Source: an uncultured Pseudomonadota bacterium
GTDB taxonomy: Bacteria > Pseudomonadota > Gammaproteobacteria > Steroidobacterales > Steroidobacteraceae
Reading direction: 5' to 3'
Assembly: GCA_963742045.1 (NCBI GenBank)
Contig: CAVUKE010000001.1
Location: 55,873 to 119,872 of the forward strand
Length of the DNA stretch: 64,000 nt
The position numbers and the translations under genes were made by a program. Numbering within the stretch: the stretch's first letter is position 1; each line of letters opens with the position of its first letter. Positions 58,301 to 64,000 of the stretch are shown one piece after another. Below the pieces are notes generated by a model. The model saw only the letters and a program-made list of their open reading frames with translations, did not search any database and was not told where the DNA came from.

Positions 58301-59314
58301 GTGCGCGGCGCTGCCGACCCCGGGCGGCAAGAGCGTGAGGCCGGCGGCCGCCACGTCATCATCGGCGGACCCGAGCGCGGCCTGATTGAAAGGCGTGAAG
58401 TAATCCGCAACGGTGAGTCCGGCCGACGGAGACAGTTTCAGCCACGAATCCGCCCAGTCCGCACCGCCGTTGAAAGTGCCGTTGCCGGTGGACACATAAA
58501 TGTTGCCGTTCGGGTCTACCGGCGGGGCCTGGCCGCTTGACCAGACTCCTGCGCCAAGCGCGCCGTCGGCGGAGGAGCAGAAGACGGAGACCTGAGCGAG
58601 CGTGGTGGCGTTGTAGCCCACGAGCCACCCCACCCAGGGCCAGTTGTCTCCGTTTGATCCGACGCCGACGTAAACGACGCCGTTGACGAGGAACAGTCCG
58701 GGCCGCTGCTGACTGGTCGCGGCGTTGATGTTCAGCGGCGTTGTGCCGCTGCCAACGGACGCCAGCACCTGTACCGCCGCAACCTTGTCCACTCCGGTGG
58801 TGATGTCGAGCGCATGCAGCCAGTAGTAAGCGGGGGAACCGCTCTGCACGGTCTCCGCCACCACGTAGAGGGTATTGCTGGTCGGATCGATCACCGGCGT
58901 TGAAGTGATCGAGACCTCAGGCACCAGGTCTTCGAGCGAGGCATTGGCCGCCCGCGTCGTCAGACCGGTAGCCGGATTGATGAAACTTGTGTGCCAGATC
59001 GGTGTTGATGCATCGGCATCGAAGGCGTAGACGCTCGAATGCTCGGTCGCCACGAAGACGACGTTGAAGGTGCCCTTGCCGGGGATCGCGAGGTTCGACT
59101 TGTAGAGGGGCTGCGCGTAGACCTCGCCGTCTACCGGGAAGGTATAAACCTTGCCAAACGTGGCGACGCTAACGCTCTGGACGCTGAGAGTTGCCTCGTT
59201 GAGATTCTGGCTGGTACGTCCCGCGTCGTAGTGCGAGACCAGGACATCCGTTTGTGCCTGAGCCAGCGAGGCTGACAGCAATAACGCGCTCAGCCCGGCA
59301 AGTATTCCCTTCAT
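55304..59314 (-). CDS. Large secreted multi-domain protein: signal peptide, PQQ-like beta-propeller, chitobiase/Hex-C-like domain, unknown ~208-aa domain, 3 x FN3, second copy of the unknown domain
   Basis: 1336 aa from ATG 59314 (MKGILAGLSALLLSASLAQA-Q, with AAGAGGGAG upstream). Propeller-like repeats span about 550 aa. YYTLDGSQPT motif. Three roughly 96-102-aa repeats contain LTWxAATExGGxIxQYxIERCQGSGCSxF...YSYRVRAxD. Two copies of Y/FVQxNYATPQSAQ...GDLNVVVVxW...SGNxY...YPDxRxLEYSG...TVPDGDIAEDR...AFK. Confidence 0.85.
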   Translation of the reverse strand: MKGILAGLSALLLSASLAQAQTDVLVSHYDAGRTSQNLNEATLSVQSVSVATFGKVYTFPVDGEVYAQPLYKSNLAIPGKGTFNVVFVATEHSSVYAFDADASTPIWHTSFINPATGLTTRAANASLEDLVPEVSITSTPVIDPTSNTLYVVAETVQSGSPAYYWLHALDITTGVDKVAAVQVLASVGSGTTPLNINAATSQQRPGLFLVNGVVYVGVGSNGDNWPWVGWLVGYNATTLAQVSVFCSSADGALGAGVWSSGQAPPVDPNGNIYVSTGNGTFNGGADWADSWLKLSPSAGLTVADYFTPFNQAALGSADDDVAAAGLTLLPPGVGSAAHPNLLVGTGKDGEIYLVDRDNMGKYNGSYNTPNSYIVQWIKSGIGGMAINPLNDPMPYAGNSYTAPAYWQSRVYLCGVSDACKLYTLTNGQLSTTPTSQAPTTFGYPGAQPVVSAASSTATTAVMWAVELNSTLGVGVLHAYDATNLATELYNSSQAASNRDTAGAPVKFAVPTVSGGKVFMGGAAGIDVYGLLASTPQRLASPTFSPAPSSYAGAQMVTITAAAGAAIYYTLDGSQPTLASAVYSAPLNIAATTTITAMAVQSGRLTSTPAVGAYSISASAQITYVQGNYATPQSAQTSVAVKFTAAQQQGDLNVVVVGWNDSAATISSVKDTSGNVYAAAIGPTVFSGVASQAIYYAPNIASAAANANTVTVTFSGSAGYPDIRILEYSGIAAASPVDVVSGATSSGGTASSGAVTTTNAADLLVGADVTLEYTLGAGSGFTSRMLTVPDGDIAEDRVVTSVASYSATASIGPAGPTVMQMVAFKGAAGGGAPVTPTAPSALAATVSSTTAINLTWGAATESGGSIAQYLIERCQGSGCSSFAQIGTATGTSYADSGLTGSTSYSYRVRAQDAVGQDGPYSNTATAVTSAATPTAPTNLAATASGSTLINLSWGKATETGGTISQYLIERCQGSGCSSFVQIGTATSLTYADASLSGSTTYSYRVRAKDSLGNTGPYSNVASASTAAPTLTAPANLTAVSASSSQINLTWSAATESGGTISQYRIERCQGSGCSTFTQVATSTSTAYNDPGLSAATSYSYRVRAADAAGDTGPYSNVATATTGSGTQPPAIAFVQRNYATPQSAQAHVTVPYTGAQSAGDLNVVVVSWGDSTATIGTLTDSSGNTYHLAAGPTVISGAASQAIYYAANIVGAAAGANSVSVSFTSAATYPDVRVLEYSGMATTSPLDVVAASSGNNSLSSSGAVTTTNANDLIIGANVVYTTTTGPGAGFTDRIITVPDGDIAEDRIVSATGSYTATAPLSPPALWIMQLAAFKAHP
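55931..56821. repeat. Three tandem FN3-encoding repeats (about 288-306 nt each) inside the large gene
   Basis: Protein-level repeats at roughly 55931-56236, 56237-56524 and 56525-56821. DNA similarity is obvious, for example the recurring gcaaccggatccctggcagcgctcgat. Confidence 0.8.
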
Positions 59315-59370
59315 TCGCTCCCTCTTTACATATCCCAGGGGGCCCATCCAGACCCCGTTCGATACGATAC

Positions 59371-59386
59371 AGCAACAACCGTGCCT
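59371..59386 (-). promoter_or_regulatory. Candidate sigma-54 (-24/-12) promoter for the large secreted-protein gene
   Basis: The minus strand reads aGGCACggttgTTGCTg, matching GGCAC-N5-TTGC at 9 of 9 core positions. It lies in a 223-nt intergenic region, correctly oriented, with the -12 element about 58 nt upstream of the ATG (59314). Confidence 0.6.
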
Positions 59387-59537
59387 CGGGCGAAATTGCC
59401 GCCAAATCAGCGGCCCGCGCGCTCGCTGAGCGCCGCGACGACGGCAACTTGTAAAGAGCGCCGACGTCTGCGGTGTAAACGATTGCAACGTGTGGCGAGC
59501 GGCACACGAGCGCTCTGCGCGGGCGTGAAAAGAGCTG

Positions 59538-60065
59538 CTAATGCAAGTGAATTTCGGTTCCGTTGCGCAGAACCGTCAGCTGCTGAGGCAGACCGCGCTC
59601 GCGGTAAGTGCGCGCGAATTGCTCGGGCGTCGTCGCCGGCACCCCGTCGACGGACACGATCACATCGCCGGGCTGTAGCCGCAGCTGCCCGACGACGCTG
59701 CCCGGGGGTGTTGCCTCAACGAGGATGCCGCCGTCGGGGTTGGGACGCATGCCGTGCGCAATCTTGGCGAGCTGACGCATCTCCAACGGCGGCAGGGCTT
59801 GCTCGGCACCCGGGACGGTTGCATCCGGCCCGCTGCTGGCGGCACCTTCCGCCGCGGCCGCCGAAGCGGACTGGGCCGCACTCGCCTGACCCGCGACCGA
59901 AGCACCGGCACTCACCGCCGGTGCCGTAACACCTTGGAAGGTGACTTGCGCGCCCGGCACTGGCTCTGGGGCAGCACGCTGGCGCAGGCTCCAGAGAATC
60001 GCGACGAGAAGCGCAGCGCCGGCGAGCGCTGCGATCACAAGATAGCGGCCGGAGGCCTGGGACAT
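59538..60065 (-). CDS. Membrane-anchored PDZ-domain protein
   Basis: N-terminal TM (YLVIAALAGAALLVAILW), an Ala/Ser-rich linker and a C-terminal PDZ (GILVEATPPGSVVGQLRLQPGDVIVSVDGV). Confidence 0.65.
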   Translation of the reverse strand: MSQASGRYLVIAALAGAALLVAILWSLRQRAAPEPVPGAQVTFQGVTAPAVSAGASVAGQASAAQSASAAAAEGAASSGPDATVPGAEQALPPLEMRQLAKIAHGMRPNPDGGILVEATPPGSVVGQLRLQPGDVIVSVDGVPATTPEQFARTYRERGLPQQLTVLRNGTEIHLH

Positions 60066-60072
60066 GACGTCC

Positions 60073-60774
60073 CTAGCCAAGATTGAACTTACTGATCAGA
60101 AAGGCCTCGGCCCAGGTAGCTCCGTCGCCGGCCTCAACCGCGCGCAATCGCATCAGCGCATCGAAGGTCTCCGCACGGAACCACGGTTTGCCGTGCTGAC
60201 TGGGATAACAGCCCAGCAGGTTGCGCGTTTTCGCCGTAGCCTGAACGCGGGTGAGCGGCACATACGCGTTCGCGACCGCCGGGTCAGCTTCGTACTTGGG
60301 GATCTCGTACTCGAGAATCAGATGGCGCCGGAAGGCGTTCCAGGTGAGCTCGCCGATCAGCCGGTGATCCTGGTGCAGATCCGCGCGGCGATGTGTGAAA
60401 ATCAGATCCGGCGCGGGCAGGCCCTTTAAGGACTCGAAGCTGTCCTTGATCGCCGTATAGGAGCCGGGGAAGTAGCTGTCGCGGTAGCCGTGCACCAACA
60501 GATCGCTGCGGCGCGCGCCGCGCAGAAAGCGGCGCGCGCTCACACGCAGCTCGCCCTCACGCTCCGCGGTGGCGCTAAAGACGACCCAGGTGACCTCGGT
60601 CTGCGCGCGGCGCGCCAGCAGCTTGAGCAGCGTCCCGCCGCAGCCAATTTCGATATCGTCGCAGTGCGCGCCCAGACACAGAATGCGTGTCGGCCGGTGC
60701 TGGGGCCGCGGCAACATCAGCTCGAGCATAGATTTCGTGCGCTCCACACCCTCACCCGTCGGTGAGTTTGTCAA
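60073..60774 (-). CDS. PIG-L/LmbE-family deacetylase
   Basis: ILCLGAHCDDIEIGCGGTLL...HRRADLHQDHR. The start is uncertain (60774 or 60729). Confidence 0.85.
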   Translation of the reverse strand: MTNSPTGEGVERTKSMLELMLPRPQHRPTRILCLGAHCDDIEIGCGGTLLKLLARRAQTEVTWVVFSATAEREGELRVSARRFLRGARRSDLLVHGYRDSYFPGSYTAIKDSFESLKGLPAPDLIFTHRRADLHQDHRLIGELTWNAFRRHLILEYEIPKYEADPAVANAYVPLTRVQATAKTRNLLGCYPSQHGKPWFRAETFDALMRLRAVEAGDGATWAEAFLISKFNLG

Positions 60775-60835
60775 TTCGGCCCAGATTTCGCCATCGCTAC
60801 TTGACCGGCAGGCTGCAGCTTAGGATCTTAGCGGC

Positions 60836-61552
60836 GTGGCTCGAACCAAGACCGCCGTTATTACCGGTTCCACCTCCGGCATCGGAACCGCCGTCGCGCA
60901 AGCACTCTGCCTGCAGGGGATGCGGGTTTATCTGAGCGCTCGAAACAGCACCAAGCTTGCCGCGCTCGCACGCCGCATCCCCGCACGTAGCCTCGCCGGG
61001 TGCGCCGTGACGGACTTGCGCTCGCTCGGGGAACTCCGAGCGCTCTTGGAGCGCATTCGACTCGCTCTGCCGCGCATTGACGTACTGATCCATTGCGCCG
61101 GCGAGCACCGCTTCACGGCGCCGGGCAGCCCTGACAGCGAGGCATTCGCTGCGCTGTTTGAGCTGAACGTACGCGCACCCTACCTCCTCACCCTCGGCCT
61201 GACGCCGCAGCTCGCGCGCGCCAAGGGACTGGTGATCTTCCTGAATTCAAGTGTCGTCAGGGGATCTGGTCAGGGGGTCGCGCTCTACAAAGCCTCCCGC
61301 CACGCCCTGCAAGGCCTCACCGACAGCATGCGGCAGGAGCTGAATGGGCGTGGAATTCGCGTCTCGAGTGTATTTCCGGGACGCACGGCCACACCCCGCA
61401 TGCGCCGTATCTATGCACTGGAACGCAGACCCTACAAGCCAAGCGCACTGCTGTCCGCGCAGGCCGTGGCGCAAGTCGTCCTGGCCCTCGCCACGCTCCC
61501 GCGGCGCGCCGAGGTCACGGACGTGCACGTACGGTCCGCAACACCCTACTAA
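60836..61552 (+). CDS. Short-chain dehydrogenase/reductase (SDR)
   Basis: VITGSTSGIGTAVA... NSS ... YKASRHAL. GTG start at 60836. Confidence 0.85.
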   Translation: MARTKTAVITGSTSGIGTAVAQALCLQGMRVYLSARNSTKLAALARRIPARSLAGCAVTDLRSLGELRALLERIRLALPRIDVLIHCAGEHRFTAPGSPDSEAFAALFELNVRAPYLLTLGLTPQLARAKGLVIFLNSSVVRGSGQGVALYKASRHALQGLTDSMRQELNGRGIRVSSVFPGRTATPRMRRIYALERRPYKPSALLSAQAVAQVVLALATLPRRAEVTDVHVRSATPY

Positions 61553-62562
61553 GGGTGCGCGCCGCGCAGCACGGTGCTCAGCCGTTGCGCGGCACTGCGC
61601 AGCAGCGAGAGCGGACACAAAGAACGACGTGCCAGATAGCCGACGATCGCGAGCCCCAAGCGTACGCGGTTCAAGGGCGCCCCCATCAGTCCGAGCATCC
61701 TGCGGTGGTATTGCCAGTACCGCGCACCCGGGAACTGGCAGGCAGCAATCGCGAGGCGCTGATAGTACTCGCGGATTCTGCGGTGGAAGCGGCGGCGAAA
61801 TTCCGCCTGCGTCAGATAATCAGGGCCATACTTTGCCAATGAGTAAGTGCGGCTGCTCTGGATGGTACCGAGCGCTTGCACTGCCGCGGTCTGACTGTGC
61901 TCGTGCAGGCGAATGAATGCGAGCACCCGATGCACGAAGGCGAAGTCAGATTCGCGCAGGATGTCGTAGCAGGATTCCTCGTCAGCATGCAGGTTGACCG
62001 GATTGTAGAACGGCGTGCGCTTACGAATGAGGTCGGCCCGGATCAACATCGTGGTCGGCGAACCGAAAAAATACCGGTCCTCGAGAAAGGAGACGCGGCC
62101 GGCCTCCCGGCCGGTCAAGATCGTCACGGGCTCATCCGTGGGCGGAAGCTTTTCGAACAAAACGATGTTAGTGACGGCGGCCGCAGCCGTGCACACCAGG
62201 CCTATCGACGGGCGCGCCAGCGCTGCGCTAAGCAGCGTCTCGAGGCACTCCGGATAGAGCCAGTCATCCGCCATCAGCGGCTTGCAGTAGGCGCTCTCCG
62301 CCGCGATCAGACTGAAAGCCAGATTGTGGTTCTCGATGATGGGTAGGAAATCGGCGTTGTCGTGTACGTGAATGCGCGGGTCGAGACGCGCGTAGTGCTC
62401 GGCGATCCCCTGGGTGTCGTCGGTGCTGCGATTGTTGACGATCGTATAGCGCCAGTTCTTATGCGTCTGCCCGATCACGCTTTCGATGCACTGACGCAGG
62501 TAGCGGCCGCCGTTGTAGACGGGCGTCACTACATTTACAAACGGTCCGTCGCGATCACTCAC
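61549..62562 (-). CDS. Family-2 glycosyltransferase
   Basis: VNVVTPVYNGGRYLRQCIESVIGQTHKNWRYTIVNNRSTDDT...ADDW. Confidence 0.85.
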   Translation of the reverse strand: MSDRDGPFVNVVTPVYNGGRYLRQCIESVIGQTHKNWRYTIVNNRSTDDTQGIAEHYARLDPRIHVHDNADFLPIIENHNLAFSLIAAESAYCKPLMADDWLYPECLETLLSAALARPSIGLVCTAAAAVTNIVLFEKLPPTDEPVTILTGREAGRVSFLEDRYFFGSPTTMLIRADLIRKRTPFYNPVNLHADEESCYDILRESDFAFVHRVLAFIRLHEHSQTAAVQALGTIQSSRTYSLAKYGPDYLTQAEFRRRFHRRIREYYQRLAIAACQFPGARYWQYHRRMLGLMGAPLNRVRLGLAIVGYLARRSLCPLSLLRSAAQRLSTVLRGAHP

Positions 62563-62703
62563 AAGCCCCGCACCTTACCGCGCACCCAGCCTGTGGCGCC
62601 ATACGTGCCCTGGCGGCTTCCGGTAGCTCCCGCGAGGGCACCCTCCGGTGGGTGACGTTGACATATTGCGACGCCTGTCGGAAAAAACCTACCGCACGAG
62701 ATA

Positions 62704-63903
62704 TTGAGGCGCCACTGGCCGCGTTATGCGGCACGCTATGATGCTGCCTCGACTTGGAGAGCCCCTTCTTTGCGCATTCTGTTTGTAAACCAGCGGCCCT
62801 ATCTGCCCCAACAACTGGGCGGAGTCGAGCAGACGACGTTCGAGCTGGTGAAGCACCTGACACGCAGCGGCCATGAGGCTGCGGTTATGTGCGGCATGAC
62901 CAGACATGGCGCAGCGTGGTTGCGCAATCGGCTCATCGCGAAGCTGAGCGGCCGCGCATTTCCGCAAGAGCACTATCGCGGCACGCTGATTTACCGCGGT
63001 TACGACCTCAGCAGCGGTCTGGATGAGGTTCTCGCAACCTTCGCCCCAGACGCACTCGTCATTGCCGGGAACAGCGCCGTCTCCTTTCAGCTCGCAGCGC
63101 AGGCCGCGCGCAGCGGCTTGCCTTGCGTTTACTACGCTCACGACATCAAGACACTGCGCGACCTCAGCAATCCCGAATTGCTCGACGGCGTGACACTGAT
63201 AGCAAACTCTCGGTGTACCGCCGGCGTCATCTCACAATGTCTGCATCGCGACTCCACCGTGCTGACGCCGCTCATTGACCGGGAGGCGTACCGCACCAGC
63301 GGCAGTCGCCGCTATGTAACGATGGTGAATCCGCGCCGCGTTAAGGGCGGCCAGATCGCTTTCGAGCTGGCGCAGGCTTGCCCGGATATCCCATTCGTGT
63401 TCGTCGAAGCGTGGACCGAAAAGGAGGAGTTCGTCAGCCGCCTGCGTCAGGCAGCGCGCGCGTTGGCGAACGTCAAATGGCTGCGCCCGACGTTGCGGAT
63501 GCGCGAGGTCTATGGCGCCACGCGGATTCTGCTCGCACCCAGCGAGTGGGAGGAACCGTGGGGACGCGTCGCCAGCGAAGCCCAGGTCTCGGGCATTCCG
63601 GTCATCGCCAGCGCGACCGGTGGCCTGCCGGAGGCGGTGGGGCCGGGAGGCATCCTGATTGAACCCGGCGCGCCGCTGGCTCACTGGGTCCGGGCGCTGC
63701 GCTCACTGTGGGATGACGCCTCCGTTTATGCGCAACTTTCCGCTCAGGCTCGAGCGTACTCGGAGCGACCCGAAGGCGATCCGCAGCGCCAAGTTGAAGT
63801 TCTCGTCGAGATACTACGGTCTCGGGCGGCTCCCGGCGCGCTGCACGATCCGCGCGAGCGCTTGCAGCCCCCGCTCGCCAGCCGGTCCGCCGCCGGGAAC
63901 TAA
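62704..63903 (+). CDS. GT4 (GT-B fold) glycosyltransferase
   Basis: RILFVNQRPYLPQQLGGVEQTTFELVKHL...APSEWEEPWGRVASEAQVSGIPVIASATGGLPEAV (E-x7-E region). The start may be TTG 62704 or TTG 62770. Confidence 0.8.
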   Translation: MRRHWPRYAARYDAASTWRAPSLRILFVNQRPYLPQQLGGVEQTTFELVKHLTRSGHEAAVMCGMTRHGAAWLRNRLIAKLSGRAFPQEHYRGTLIYRGYDLSSGLDEVLATFAPDALVIAGNSAVSFQLAAQAARSGLPCVYYAHDIKTLRDLSNPELLDGVTLIANSRCTAGVISQCLHRDSTVLTPLIDREAYRTSGSRRYVTMVNPRRVKGGQIAFELAQACPDIPFVFVEAWTEKEEFVSRLRQAARALANVKWLRPTLRMREVYGATRILLAPSEWEEPWGRVASEAQVSGIPVIASATGGLPEAVGPGGILIEPGAPLAHWVRALRSLWDDASVYAQLSAQARAYSERPEGDPQRQVEVLVEILRSRAAPGALHDPRERLQPPLASRSAAGN

Positions 63904-63915
63904 ACCGCGGAAGCT

Positions 63916-64000
63916 CTATTGCCACACCTTCCAGGGTGAGTCTCCGCCCGCTTCCATGCGATCGAATGTTATCTTGTCCTTGAACGTATCCATGCACCGC
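63916..64000 (-). CDS. 3' end of an unidentified gene entering from beyond the window
   Basis: The minus frame reads ...RCMDTFKDKITFDRMEAGGDSPWKVWQ* with a TAG at 63916-63918. It is too short to assign. Confidence 0.3.
   Translation of the reverse strand, partial: RCMDTFKDKITFDRMEAGGDSPWKVWQ

Overview
High-GC bacterial chromosomal window, probably from a beta- or gammaproteobacterium. I saw no rRNA, tRNA, CRISPR array, prophage or intact IS element. There are about 60 genes in three blocks. (1) 1-14.06 kb is visibly less GC-rich. It holds an envelope and stress cluster: three BON-domain paralogues, UspA, a ClC channel with an in-frame TAG, an IS-transposase remnant, an EnvZ/OmpR-like pair divergent from a Gly/His/aromatic-rich secreted protein plus DegP, an SPFH lipoprotein and glgP. 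This block ends abruptly against a truncated RND-transporter gene. (2) 14.1-42 kb is very GC-rich housekeeping and catabolic DNA. It includes an S9 peptidase, FAD monooxygenase plus FAH, a BBOX-like dioxygenase plus HD-domain pair resembling TmpA/TmpB, a Tat-signal aminotransferase, DDAH, a partial 2-amino-3-carboxymuconate-semialdehyde lower pathway with a LysR regulator, an EthD/LLM/SnoaL/GST/LLM cluster, PsiF, DUF885, crcB-DUF190, PaaY-like plus enoyl-CoA hydratase, and an M28 peptidase. (3) 42-64 kb holds signalling genes and an exopolysaccharide-type locus. The signalling genes are a PAS/GAF/GGDEF/EAL sensor, srkA, galE and a GlrK/QseG/GlrR-like triad. The polysaccharide locus holds a PrsR-like sigma-54 activator, a priming sugar transferase, PIG-L, SDR, GT2 and GT4. 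This locus also contains a 1336-aa secreted beta-propeller/FN3 protein with a duplicated domain I could not name, preceded by a near-consensus sigma-54 promoter. Many genes carry frame-disrupting lesions: at least 10 single-base indels between 42 and 52 kb, plus one nonsense codon and two 5'- or 3'-truncated gene remnants elsewhere. From sequence alone I cannot tell whether these are assembly errors or real gene decay. All homology calls come from reading the translations, and no database search was run.
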